From IMG/VR virus record IMGVR_UViG_3300028592_000004, positions 1 through 64,000 of that record: DNA of 64,000 nucleotides. One strand, 5' to 3'. The stretch's first letter is position 1, and each line of letters begins with the position of its first letter. This document shows, in pieces, positions 51,643-60,888 of the stretch. The position numbers and the translations under genes were made by a program. The notes below the pieces were generated by a model. It had not been told where the DNA came from. It saw nothing but the letters and a program-made list of their open reading frames with translations, and ran no database searches.

Positions 51643-52627
51643 CCTGATCTCTCCTGACGTCGAACACCATCAACACGCAGTAGTGCGTATCGCCGTCTTG
51701 GAAGTCCATGCCGACCGACCGGCAGAGGTACGAGCAACGGTGGCTTGCGACGTAAACTCCAATGTTATCGTCGGATGCAGGAGGGAAGTAGCGGTAGCCC
51801 TTGTAGGATCGCTGGAAGGCCAGGATCAGGAAGCCCGTGGTCTCCGTCTTGAGCGACAGGACAACCCGGTGGTAGTAGCTCTCGTGATGCCCGGAACCGT
51901 CGATCTCAAACTCAACCTGCTCTTCGGGTTCTGCAGCGTGAGAGCGAGGTGCTGCAGGCGCGGGCGAAGGTGCAGCGCCGAAGTTCTCACCCGAGAACTG
52001 CTGGATGATCTGCCGGGACGGAGCTGCTGCCGATGCCTGGGCTCGATTCGCATTCGACCGGAACGCACCCACGACTCCGGCCTGTGGTGCGGGGGCCGGA
52101 GCGGCCGGCGGGGCCTGTGCCGTCTTGACGTCGTCCGGCAGGATGAGGGACTTACGCGTCGGACCTGCCGTCTCGTCGGCGAGACCGGCGACGAACATGC
52201 TGAGAAGCCGGCGGCGACCGACCTCGTCATCGGTGATCTCGATGCCCTGGCTCTGAAGTCTGGCCTTGAGGTTCGCCAGGGCCTGCTGCATTGCCTCGCC
52301 GGTGAGGTTGCACTGATTCATGACGTGCGAGGAGAAGCCGTCCTCGTCCGGATCGACCACAACCGGGATCTTCCGATAGTCGGTCTGGCCGTTCAGAGCC
52401 CTCGGAACGCCGTTCTCAGTCGCCCGGGAGAGCATCACAGCTCCGCCACCTGCGGAGAAGCGCGGGGCGTTGACGGCAACACCGTCCGAACTCGGCGAAC
52501 TCATCCCCAGGGCTGCGCCGCTGTGGTAGTTGCTCGGATCAGGCGTGTGGGCCACCCAGCCCAGCGAACCGGTCTGCGTCGGCGGGGCCTCGTTGAAGAA
52601 CGGGTTGAGAAGAATGTGTCCGGCCAT
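51626..52627 (-). CDS. Hypothetical protein with Ala/Pro linker
   Basis: 333-aa ORF, AAGGA upstream. Confidence 0.65.
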   Translation of the reverse strand: MAGHILLNPFFNEAPPTQTGSLGWVAHTPDPSNYHSGAALGMSSPSSDGVAVNAPRFSAGGGAVMLSRATENGVPRALNGQTDYRKIPVVVDPDEDGFSSHVMNQCNLTGEAMQQALANLKARLQSQGIEITDDEVGRRRLLSMFVAGLADETAGPTRKSLILPDDVKTAQAPPAAPAPAPQAGVVGAFRSNANRAQASAAAPSRQIIQQFSGENFGAAPSPAPAAPRSHAAEPEEQVEFEIDGSGHHESYYHRVVLSLKTETTGFLILAFQRSYKGYRYFPPASDDNIGVYVASHRCSYLCRSVGMDFQDGDTHYCVLMVFDVRRDQDDQTR

Positions 52628-52675
52628 GTGAATCCTTTCCTTGGGACGCCGGCATCATAGCCAGAGGCAATAGCT

Positions 52676-52725
52676 AAAGAAAAGCACGGATTGCCCGGTC
52701 CCGGTCGGGACCGGGCATCTGTGCT
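52676..52725 (-). terminator. Intrinsic terminator
   Basis: TGCCCGGTCCC-GGTC-GGGACCGGGCA stem, extendable, followed by TTTTCTTT on minus strand. Confidence 0.8.
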
Positions 52726-53093
52726 CATCGGTCAGTGGGAAAATCAAAATCTAACGATCGTGGCAAGTGGTTTCGAACGACTTCGCGCGGTGCGAGATAG
52801 TACATCTTGGGGACGTAGTCTTCTCTCGCTACCAGTGTTTCAAGCCCCTGGACCGTATGGGCAATGACGAGTCGAAGTGTTGGCTTCGACTCACCTGCCT
52901 GTGCGGGTGCGTCACCGTAGAAGTGACACATCGCCAAGACGACTACTGCGGCGTTCGCATCCAGAGGAGCGAGCGGCATTGTCGTCGGTCGGGACCTTGC
53001 GTTGTCGTCGATCCATTGCCACGGATCATCAGATTCGATTTCCCAAAGACCATCAGGAAGAGGCTTCGGCAGATCCCTCGGACGGGTGATCAC
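52725..53093 (-). CDS. Hypothetical protein
   Basis: GGAGG before GTG. Confidence 0.55.
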   Translation of the reverse strand: MITRPRDLPKPLPDGLWEIESDDPWQWIDDNARSRPTTMPLAPLDANAAVVVLAMCHFYGDAPAQAGESKPTLRLVIAHTVQGLETLVAREDYVPKMYYLAPREVVRNHLPRSLDFDFPTDR

Positions 53094-54510
53094 TGCTATC
53101 TGCCTCCACTGTTACTGAGGAGTGACCCATCAAAACGGGCATCATCTCCGGAGACTTCGGTTGGGTGTGGGCCGGCTCTTCAGGCATTTCTGCCTGCAGG
53201 ACCTGCGTCTCTTCCGGGGCCTCATTCTCAGGACCCTGGTTCTTGTTGCGGCGCTTCTTGTTCCGCTTCTTGCCAATCGGCTTGGACGCCGGCGGAGGCG
53301 CCGGCACGGGCTTCGGAATGGTGATCGGCATCCGGGCGCTTCTGTCCCTCCACAAGGCTTTCGGCACCGGGTCGAACTTACCACTCAGGGAGTAGAGATC
53401 CAAGTCCAGGCCCCTTCCCTTGAAGGTCAGGGCTTCGAGACTCGGATATCCGATCTCCAGCACGTCGATACGTCCTTGCTTCATGTTGACAATCGGCTCA
53501 AACGGATCGGTAATCGCGGCGACCACGTCGGCTTCCGCGAGACCGATAGCCGAACTCCCCAGGCGACTGCGAACCTCGTCAATCAGACCTCGCAGCTCGG
53601 GTTCAGCGAGTTGCTCGATCTGAGTCCGATACGCCTCGACATTGCCAGGGGAAAGAGACTTCGGCCAGATGCCGATGTCCTGCACCGCGCCGATCGTCGG
53701 GTTGTTGACCACCAGACCCCGGAGTTTCTCCGTGTCGACGATCACCCGATCCGGCTTCACATCCCGTCTGCCGATCAGATACGCCTGCGGGAGAAACGAC
53801 TCCGAGAAGCCTTCCGGCGACCAGGTGTTTCCGACCCAACAGGCTGCGAGGATATCGGCAATCACCGCATCACCGTAGCGAGCCTTCGCCGCCGCCCAAT
53901 CGGGCGCAACAGGCCAGTGCTCAATCTCCGGCGCTCCGCCAACCGTGACCAGACCACGAACGTACTTCAACCCGTCCTGTTCCAGTGCCGGCGTCACCTG
54001 GTAGCTCGGGAGAGCCCCATCGGCGAAACCGAACCAGACGTCAGGCATCCGCGGAGACAACACGGGATTCTGCGCCCCGTGGTGAACCGCCTCGATCGAA
54101 TCGAAGCAATTCACAACCAGCGTGGACATCGCCAGGCTGCGCTCGGGGTTGAATCGCCGGTTGTCCCACTTCATTTGAGCGGGCAGGAGCAGTTCGAACT
54201 CAGCGTGAGGATCCGGCTTGGCGACGACGATGTTGTCGGCGTTCAGCACCAGATTGAACACGGTGAGGGGTGCAGACTTCCAGGGACGACCCCCGCGAGG
54301 CTGCACGAACTGACGACGAAACACAACAGCCTGCAGAGATTGCAGGGGAATGAAGTCCGGTAGGATTCCTCCACCGGCTCCGTCAGGACGGTCCGACCTC
54401 CAAGTGAGGACGGCGAAACGGGAAAGATCTTCATGATCTCGGTTGGCCGTTTCACCCAACGCAAAAAGCCTGTCGTGAACAGGCGGGCCTTGCATCGCGT
54501 TCATTTGCAC
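53053..54510 (-). CDS. Large hypothetical protein
   Basis: 485-aa ORF, GAGGAG upstream. Confidence 0.7.
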   Translation of the reverse strand: MQMNAMQGPPVHDRLFALGETANRDHEDLSRFAVLTWRSDRPDGAGGGILPDFIPLQSLQAVVFRRQFVQPRGGRPWKSAPLTVFNLVLNADNIVVAKPDPHAEFELLLPAQMKWDNRRFNPERSLAMSTLVVNCFDSIEAVHHGAQNPVLSPRMPDVWFGFADGALPSYQVTPALEQDGLKYVRGLVTVGGAPEIEHWPVAPDWAAAKARYGDAVIADILAACWVGNTWSPEGFSESFLPQAYLIGRRDVKPDRVIVDTEKLRGLVVNNPTIGAVQDIGIWPKSLSPGNVEAYRTQIEQLAEPELRGLIDEVRSRLGSSAIGLAEADVVAAITDPFEPIVNMKQGRIDVLEIGYPSLEALTFKGRGLDLDLYSLSGKFDPVPKALWRDRSARMPITIPKPVPAPPPASKPIGKKRNKKRRNKNQGPENEAPEETQVLQAEMPEEPAHTQPKSPEMMPVLMGHSSVTVEADSSDHPSEGSAEASS

Positions 54511-54590
54511 ACTCCTCGCACTGCCCTCCGCCTCGACAACGTGTCATGGCTAGAAAGCATCAAGGATAATGACGCGTATCCGCACGCAAT

Positions 54591-55070
54591 TTAGGACTTC
54601 GCAGTGCCCATGAAACCCGTCTCGTCGAGCGATTCATCGTCGCCAACGTCGAACAGGGCGTGGCGTCCGCCAGGAGTCACAAGGAACCGCGGCGGCTTGG
54701 AGATGCCCAGCCTCTGACCGGAGAACGCGAACACCTGGCAGTCCTTACCGTGGAAGGGCCGCAGGAGTTTGGCGAGCTCTTCGGCTGTCGCCGCGGAGAT
54801 GCACTGCGCGGAACCGGAATCCGGAACGAGAACGGCGTAGTGCGCGACCGGCGGAAGCGCCGCCTGAGCGATCGCAATGTCGATGGAATCCCGCAGGAGC
54901 TTCAGTGCGTCGACGGCCGGCAGTACTGGCGTCGGATCCGGCACGGGAGGCCCGGACTCAACCTGTTCTGGCTCGGGCGTAACTGCGGCCTCAATCAAGG
55001 CCGTGACCGGAGCCTCCGGTGCCTGCGGTGCTTCGGGTTCACTCTTCGACTTACGCGGCGTCTTGCTCAC
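54591..55070 (-). CDS. Hypothetical protein
   Basis: GTGA overlap. Confidence 0.6.
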   Translation of the reverse strand: MSKTPRKSKSEPEAPQAPEAPVTALIEAAVTPEPEQVESGPPVPDPTPVLPAVDALKLLRDSIDIAIAQAALPPVAHYAVLVPDSGSAQCISAATAEELAKLLRPFHGKDCQVFAFSGQRLGISKPPRFLVTPGGRHALFDVGDDESLDETGFMGTAKS

Positions 55071-55711
55071 TTGAGATTCACTCCTGACATCGTGCCGGAT
55101 AGGACCTTCTCTGCCAGCTCCACAGTCTCGGGACGGACGGGCAGCGGCATCAGCTTAACCGCTACACCCTGTCCCACGTTTACGTCAGAGAAAGAGCGAT
55201 GGCAGTCCGTTGCGTCCACACCATACGCGACAACGTCGATCGTCGGCAACGGGGAAGGAACGACACCAGGCTTCAGCATGATGACCGGATCGAACACCTT
55301 CACCTGCTGAGCGAAGGTCCGCATGAACCGCTTACGGACTCGGTCGACACCGGCGACCTGGGCCAACGCGTGGCTGATCGTTGAGAAGTGCTTGTGCGGT
55401 GTGGCCAGGAGTCGACGGTTCCAGACCGCGAACTCCGAGCTGTGTTTGTTCGGGACGTAGATGTTCGAGAAGAGCATCACTGGGTAGTCGAGGACGGCCA
55501 CGACAACTTCCAGAGAGCTCTCATTGATGATGTCCTGAAGGGGATCGGTGTCGAACCCACCCCAGGTGAAAAGAGCCCCATGCGTGAAGAACGCGTAGTC
55601 GACAGCGAGATCAGACAAGGACACCGCCGTGGAATGGCGTAGGGGCGCGAGATCCTCGGGATCGTTGTCGCGATCGATCTGACTGACGCCTTCACGCATG
55701 GGGGTGGACAT
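55067..55711 (-). CDS. Hypothetical protein
   Basis: ATG 2 nt after upstream stop. Confidence 0.6.
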   Translation of the reverse strand: MSTPMREGVSQIDRDNDPEDLAPLRHSTAVSLSDLAVDYAFFTHGALFTWGGFDTDPLQDIINESSLEVVVAVLDYPVMLFSNIYVPNKHSSEFAVWNRRLLATPHKHFSTISHALAQVAGVDRVRKRFMRTFAQQVKVFDPVIMLKPGVVPSPLPTIDVVAYGVDATDCHRSFSDVNVGQGVAVKLMPLPVRPETVELAEKVLSGTMSGVNLK

Positions 55712-55713
55712 AA

Positions 55714-56316
55714 CTAGCTCCCGAGCAGACCACTCAGCTTCGCAAGGGCCATCGCCTGTTTGGCTGCCCGTTCGGCGAGGTCTTCGACCTCAGAGTAGGT
55801 GATCTTGAGATCACCGAGAAGGTTCTCGCGAGGGACGAAATCCTCTTCGCCCGAACGAATGATCGCCTTGTACGGATCGACCAGGCCGCAGTCGATTTCA
55901 CCCCAGTGGCGAACGGGGTGAACCCAGAACCGTTCGGGAGGGAGCGTGGCGCGTTCCGTCAGCAAGCTGTGGAGCGCTGCGATCCGGAACAGGGCGTTGA
56001 CCTCGAAGCCGAGGATCCGCTGCGTCTCTTGGACGACCATCTTGTGGCCGAAGTCCGCCAGCTTGACCCCAGCATCGTCACCGGCAGCCCGGGCGACCAG
56101 CTCGCCAGTCGGGCCAACGGCACACCAGCTGTCGATCTTGCTCTTGCCGGGCATCGTAAAGGTCTCGACGTACTTCTTCTGCAGCCATTCGCCCTGCTTG
56201 GGAGCGCTGTACGTCGACGGCGGGGCAGGCATAAACGTGTCTTCGAGCGCCTTGAGCGGAATCGAGACAAACCCAAAGGCAATCGCCGATGGGAGGGGAC
56301 GGGTTGACTTGCTCAC
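55714..56316 (-). CDS. Hypothetical protein
   Basis: GTGA overlap start MSKSTRP. Confidence 0.6.
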   Translation of the reverse strand: MSKSTRPLPSAIAFGFVSIPLKALEDTFMPAPPSTYSAPKQGEWLQKKYVETFTMPGKSKIDSWCAVGPTGELVARAAGDDAGVKLADFGHKMVVQETQRILGFEVNALFRIAALHSLLTERATLPPERFWVHPVRHWGEIDCGLVDPYKAIIRSGEEDFVPRENLLGDLKITYSEVEDLAERAAKQAMALAKLSGLLGS

Positions 56317-57305
56317 AGAATGAGTCCTGAGGAAACGCCGACCAGACCGGCGGGCACCTGCACCGTAATGTCCCCCATCATCCCCAGGTGGACATCGGCA
56401 ATGCCGTCTCTGATCGAACCAATGGAAAGAACACGGAGATCGGCATGCTGCCGAACTTCCGCTTCCCCGGGGATCTCCCAGGGAACACCAGCCAGTCGTC
56501 CGCCGGGGATCCCAGCGAAGACGGCACAACCATACTTCTTCGAGGCTCGCGAGAGGCGCTTCATCGCCTCCGGAATGCTCTTGTTGAAGAGCGTCAGATC
56601 TTCCAGCACGATCAGGTCAATCTTGCCCTTGAGGTAGATCGAAGCCGTGTCGAGCAGTTCATTGAGTTTGTTCGCTCCAGCGTTCTTCCACAGCTTCTCG
56701 GCATAGGAGGCCAGGAAAGGACTGTCGGTCAGCTCGGAAGCGGAGGTGAAGGCCACGACACGTTGCCGGTCATAGCCCTTCGTATCCGGAGGCATCAGCA
56801 GAGCCCCCTCCATTGCCTTTCGGCAGATGAAGGTCAGCACATCCGGATGGCCAGCCAGGACAGTCGGTCGCTTCCGATCCACAATCATGAAGCCGACGTT
56901 GATGTCCTTGCTGAGACGATACGTTTCGAGGTCGCCGTGCTTGGCGCGGATCGCGTCCTCCTCAGCAGCCCTCTTCTCCTCCATCCGCTTGGTCAGGTAG
57001 GGGAGAACGCTACCACGGAGCGTCGTGAGCATGTCGTCCATCTCGAATGGCTGGGCGCCAGCATTGAGGGCAGACTGCATCAGAATAAAGGCGTACTTCT
57101 CGACCGCAGCCGGCGAGAACTTATCGACAGGAATCGTTCCTGGCTGCTGAAGGAGCTCAACCACTAGGTCCCGAGCAACGGCGTAAACCTGCTCGGCCAT
57201 GACGGCGATCTGGAAAGCAACATTGAGCTTCGGGTTGCCCTTGATCAGGGCCACCAGCTCACGTCCGCCTTCCAGCAGTTCGTCCTTGGAGTACTTCTCT
57301 GCCAT
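56313..57305 (-). CDS. Protein with degenerate RecA/DnaB-like ATPase domain
   Basis: TVLAGHPDVLTF (no GKT), DLIVLEDL, RLSRASKKYGCAVFAG. Confidence 0.4.
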   Translation of the reverse strand: MAEKYSKDELLEGGRELVALIKGNPKLNVAFQIAVMAEQVYAVARDLVVELLQQPGTIPVDKFSPAAVEKYAFILMQSALNAGAQPFEMDDMLTTLRGSVLPYLTKRMEEKRAAEEDAIRAKHGDLETYRLSKDINVGFMIVDRKRPTVLAGHPDVLTFICRKAMEGALLMPPDTKGYDRQRVVAFTSASELTDSPFLASYAEKLWKNAGANKLNELLDTASIYLKGKIDLIVLEDLTLFNKSIPEAMKRLSRASKKYGCAVFAGIPGGRLAGVPWEIPGEAEVRQHADLRVLSIGSIRDGIADVHLGMMGDITVQVPAGLVGVSSGLIL

Positions 57306-57325
57306 TTCAATTCCCGCGTTTTGAT
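57306..57325. promoter_or_regulatory. 20-bp site, copy 7 (inverted spacer)
   Basis: TTCAATTCCCGCGTTTTGAT spanning MTase stop and abutting next ATG. Confidence 0.65.
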
Positions 57326-58164
57326 TTCTTCTTGGGAGGTTTTGGAGCTGGATCGATGTGCGGCGGGTCGAGCAGGCTGGCTGGCTTCACCATCGCCACC
57401 CGCGCATTCGCCGCCTTCCCATACTCCTTGGACAGCTCGAAGCCCAGGCCAAGACGACCCAGCTTCTTCGCGACGGCGATTGTTGTACCCGATCCGGAGA
57501 ACGGATCCATCACCAGATCGCCAACATTCGAGCACAGGCGGATGATCCGCCCCAGGATCTGCTCCGGCATCTGCGTCTTCACGAGCTTCTGACGGCCCTT
57601 GAAGGTGCCGCAGATCCGCGGGCAGTGCCAAACATCACCGGTCTCTTCGTAGACGAACGGGATGTCCTGGGGACGCATGATCCAGGTGTTGTCGGGAAGC
57701 CGACCATCCGGGTTCTGGCGCTGATCGTTGTAGACCAGCTGCCGAGCGCTCGGCAGACGGACCTGATCAGCGTTGAACGTGAAATTGCTCTTCTGCTTGG
57801 TGTAGTACAGCAGGTGGGTGTGGGACCGCGTGAAGTTGTTCGCACAGTTCACGCCGAACGTGTAGTGCCAGATAACGTGAGAACGTTTCCGGAACCCCTC
57901 GTTCTTGCAGACGATGTCCAGCTCCGAGACGTACTCGTCGCCGATGGCCAGCCAGAAGCTCCCGCTGGCTTTCAGAACACGCTCAACGCCAGCGATCCAC
58001 TGCTTCGACCACGTCAGGTAGTCCTGCACGGTCCGCTTGTCGTCGTAGACGTCGTAGTCAAAGCCAATGTTGAATGGCGGATCTGCGAAGACCAAGTCGA
58101 CGGATCGCTCCTCAACTTTGGCCATTCCCTTGATGCAGTCCCCCGGGCGGATCTCATGATCCAT
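57307..58164 (-). CDS. Orphan beta-class DNA amino-methyltransferase (m6A/m4C)
   Basis: DLVFADPPFN (motif IV) N-terminal to MDPFSGSGTT (motif I). Confidence 0.9.
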   Translation of the reverse strand: MDHEIRPGDCIKGMAKVEERSVDLVFADPPFNIGFDYDVYDDKRTVQDYLTWSKQWIAGVERVLKASGSFWLAIGDEYVSELDIVCKNEGFRKRSHVIWHYTFGVNCANNFTRSHTHLLYYTKQKSNFTFNADQVRLPSARQLVYNDQRQNPDGRLPDNTWIMRPQDIPFVYEETGDVWHCPRICGTFKGRQKLVKTQMPEQILGRIIRLCSNVGDLVMDPFSGSGTTIAVAKKLGRLGLGFELSKEYGKAANARVAMVKPASLLDPPHIDPAPKPPKKKSKRGN

Positions 58165-58892
58165 TACTCGTCATCCTCACTTTCCAGTGGCACCAATTTG
58201 CGTGTCTTCTTGCCTTTGTGTTCGATCCGTATCGGTTCAACAACGTCGACGTGCTCCACAGGCTTGAGTCCGGGGCGAATCTCTTCGACACCGACTGTCA
58301 GCGCCCAGAAGGCATCACAGGCATTGTCGAGCCCCGGCTCAGTGACGTCGAAGTTCAGCCCAAGCCGCTCGCCAGCGGCCTTGATGACGGCCTCCTTGTT
58401 TGCATTCCCCTTGCCTGTCGCACGGAGCTTGATCGTCTTGATCGGCACCGAGGCCTGGGCCACGCCGTGCTCTTCGCACCAGGCAGTAGCCGTCCCCATC
58501 ATGGCGCCGAAGAACTCTGTCGACGTGGCCGATCGCGCGAGCACCGCGGCGACACCCAACCGCATCATCTCTGAGGGCGGCGTGAAGCGGACATGCTCGA
58601 AGAACACGAGCTCCGGGCTGACCATCGACAGAAAGTAGCGCAACCGGAGGAACCGGATGGCGCCACTGTCGAACTGGCCAGCCGAGCAGTCCCATAGTCC
58701 GAGGTGCGTCTCGTGCTTGCTCGGATCGTAGAGCTCTCCCGGAGGGATCCAGGCGTAGGCATATCCAGTTGTCGTACCTAGGTCGGCCCCGAGGCACAGG
58801 ATCTTCTTGCCGGACGGTTTCGTTTTAGCGACGACGAGTTTGAACTCGGCGGGGTCCTTGTGCTTTTGGACGGCACGTTCCTTCTTCGCCAA
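58164..58892 (-). CDS. RuvC-like Holliday junction resolvase
   Basis: LGADLGTTTGYA, FFEHV, TIKLRATGKGNANK, DNACDA. Confidence 0.8.
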   Translation of the reverse strand: MAKKERAVQKHKDPAEFKLVVAKTKPSGKKILCLGADLGTTTGYAYAWIPPGELYDPSKHETHLGLWDCSAGQFDSGAIRFLRLRYFLSMVSPELVFFEHVRFTPPSEMMRLGVAAVLARSATSTEFFGAMMGTATAWCEEHGVAQASVPIKTIKLRATGKGNANKEAVIKAAGERLGLNFDVTEPGLDNACDAFWALTVGVEEIRPGLKPVEHVDVVEPIRIEHKGKKTRKLVPLESEDDE

Positions 58893-59616
58893 GACAACGT
58901 CTCCTCATGGCCTCGACCAATCGAGTGTTGAGCTCGCAGTCGAAAGGCGCTCGGTGAACATGGCGCTGCTCGCTTGCAGCCAAGGGCAGCTTGTACTCCT
59001 CAACGCAGTTACTGAGGCTCCACTTTGCTTTGCATTGCCAGGCGTTCAGCCTCTCGTACCACTTGTCGAGCGGGAATCCATCCTCAGGAATGGATCGCTC
59101 CAGGCGGATGGCCTTCTCGAACATGCCGGTATCGAAGACGTCCTGCGCCTTGAACCGGAAGCCCTTCATCAGCCGGCGGAAGAAGTGCCGCTCCATGACC
59201 CTCGCGTCGGAACACCAGAAGTTATGGCCAACGATCCGCAAGCCTTCCTGCTGAGCCTGCAGACAGATCTCGTGGAGTTTGCGGAGCGCATCCACAACAT
59301 CCACGCCGTCTTTCTGCATTTCGCGATAGGAGATGAACTCCGTTTGGAAGCCCTTCTTCTGCAGAGCTGTTTCCGTCTCTTCCAGAGTCTGACGCAGCCA
59401 CTCCTGATCGATACCCAGCTCGGGATTCGTCCAGTCGAGAACAATGCCGTTCTTGTCCAGAATCTTCCCGTTACGAACGTAGCACCAGCCGGCCTCGATC
59501 AAGAGGGTGCGATTGTCCTTTGCGTCCTTGCCAGCAGTCTCCACGTCAATGACGAGGTACTCATCCGGGATGCCTCCCAGATACTGCAAGGCCCGCTTCA
59601 GCCACGAGGCATCCAT
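58825..59616 (-). CDS. DEDDh 3'-5' exonuclease
   Basis: IDVET, VGHNFWCSD, HRAPFDC. Confidence 0.85.
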   Translation of the reverse strand: MDASWLKRALQYLGGIPDEYLVIDVETAGKDAKDNRTLLIEAGWCYVRNGKILDKNGIVLDWTNPELGIDQEWLRQTLEETETALQKKGFQTEFISYREMQKDGVDVVDALRKLHEICLQAQQEGLRIVGHNFWCSDARVMERHFFRRLMKGFRFKAQDVFDTGMFEKAIRLERSIPEDGFPLDKWYERLNAWQCKAKWSLSNCVEEYKLPLAASEQRHVHRAPFDCELNTRLVEAMRRRCLGEEGTCRPKAQGPRRVQTRRR

Positions 59617-60095
59617 GCGGTCAGCCGATTGAGGACTCTCTTCCAGAACGGAAGGGGTTGCTGAGCGAAGACCGTCTCCGCGGCGCTCACCAGACCAGCC
59701 AGGTCTACGATCGCCGGCACCTTGCCGTCGAACGTGACATCGCGAATCGACATGAACCAGGCACCGGTCACCATCTGGCCAATCTTGGCCGACAGGATCA
59801 GCTGCAGCCGCGGATCGAGCAGGAAGAAGCCAGCCGTCTCCAGTGCCTCACGAGGCGATTTGACAGCGGAGTTCGGGAACTCCTGCATGGCCCGCGAGAA
59901 CACCGCGCAGGCGGCTCCCAGCTGCTGGTGGGTGATTCCCTCCTTCGCCATGAAGTCGTCGATCCAGGGCTCACGAGAGGAGCTCAGGCCCATTACCGCT
60001 GCCCTCACCAGCGGCGGAACCGCGTAGGCAAGATCTCGCTGAGGCGAGTAGGGGATGGCATTCTCTGCGCCCTTAGGCGCGAACTGAAGCGTCAC
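59598..60095 (-). CDS. Hypothetical protein
   Basis: ORF in gene run. Confidence 0.6.
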   Translation of the reverse strand: MTLQFAPKGAENAIPYSPQRDLAYAVPPLVRAAVMGLSSSREPWIDDFMAKEGITHQQLGAACAVFSRAMQEFPNSAVKSPREALETAGFFLLDPRLQLILSAKIGQMVTGAWFMSIRDVTFDGKVPAIVDLAGLVSAAETVFAQQPLPFWKRVLNRLTAWMPRG

Positions 60096-60879
60096 GGTAG
60101 AGTACCTCGATCTTCGGGGTGGCGCCGGTGCGCGGACCAGGCGTGAGCTTCACGACTGTCTCACGCCCGTCAGCCGCGGTGAGAACATACAGCCCGACCG
60201 GCACGGATGCAAGAACCTTGCAGATAGGCGACTCGCTCTCGATGGCCTCCGTCAGGGTCAGGAAGCTGACGAAAACTGGATCCACTGCGCTACCAGGATG
60301 CGGAACTTCCACAACAGCACCCGTCCAACCGAGCTTGATCCGCTCCTGAACTTCCGGCGGGTGATGCGCGATCAGGGCATTCAGCACGCGACCCTGATCA
60401 GCCGGGACATGGTCCTTGGGCTTGATCCGCTTTCCATCTTCAGGACGGATGGTGGACCGACCGACCTTCATGAGGTTGTTCTGATCGACTTCTTCGAGGA
60501 CCGGGATGTCGGGGACGCCCATGCAGCACAGGCCTCCCTCGTTGACCACGGAGATATCGCTATGGGCGTCGACGGCTTCTTTGACGTTCGGGACGGCCGT
60601 CTGGATGCACATCAACGCCGCCGACTCCGGGTCCGTGATGTCCAGCGTCAGACCCTGCAGCGCCTTGTGGTCCCGGATGTCGATCACGATCTTCATGCCG
60701 TAGCCATCCTTGGCCAGCTCACGCCATTCTTCGAAGATCAGATTTAGCCGCAGCCGCATCTCTTCGGTTGTGGGAGCCGCGGGGATGACACGGACGTTCT
60801 GACCCCAGCCGACCATCAAATCCCACACACGTCGGAAGTGTGCGGTGGCCCGGCTGAAGAGGATTCCAAGTTCGAGCAT
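60073..60879 (-). CDS. MazG/PRA-PH-like NTP pyrophosphatase fused to GreA/GreB C-terminal-like domain
   Basis: LRLNLIFEEWREL, EAVDAHSD, EVDQNNLMK...EDGKRIKP; then IESESPICKVLASVPVG. Confidence 0.65.
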   Translation of the reverse strand: MLELGILFSRATAHFRRVWDLMVGWGQNVRVIPAAPTTEEMRLRLNLIFEEWRELAKDGYGMKIVIDIRDHKALQGLTLDITDPESAALMCIQTAVPNVKEAVDAHSDISVVNEGGLCCMGVPDIPVLEEVDQNNLMKVGRSTIRPEDGKRIKPKDHVPADQGRVLNALIAHHPPEVQERIKLGWTGAVVEVPHPGSAVDPVFVSFLTLTEAIESESPICKVLASVPVGLYVLTAADGRETVVKLTPGPRTGATPKIEVLYRDASVRA

Positions 60880-60888
60880 ACGAACCTT

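Noticed and set aside
49383-52660. Long plus-strand ORFs (697 aa, 395 aa) and the 491-aa alternative minus frame over the portal
   Set aside because: Shadow frames of GC-rich coding DNA; no recognisable motifs or RBS, and they fully overlap well-supported genes
2634-57325. 20-bp repeats as a CRISPR array
   Set aside because: Copies are kilobases apart, not separated by 30-40-nt spacers, occur in both orientations, and no cas genes were seen
57307-58892. MTase plus adjacent nuclease as a restriction-modification system
   Set aside because: The neighbour has RuvC-type motifs, not a PD-(D/E)xK or HNH restriction nuclease; the MTase is treated as an orphan
33633-59664. Other long plus-strand ORFs (33633, 38150, 44668, 53122, 57358, 58807)
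   Set aside because: Antisense to motif-bearing minus-strand genes; composition typical of reverse-frame artefacts
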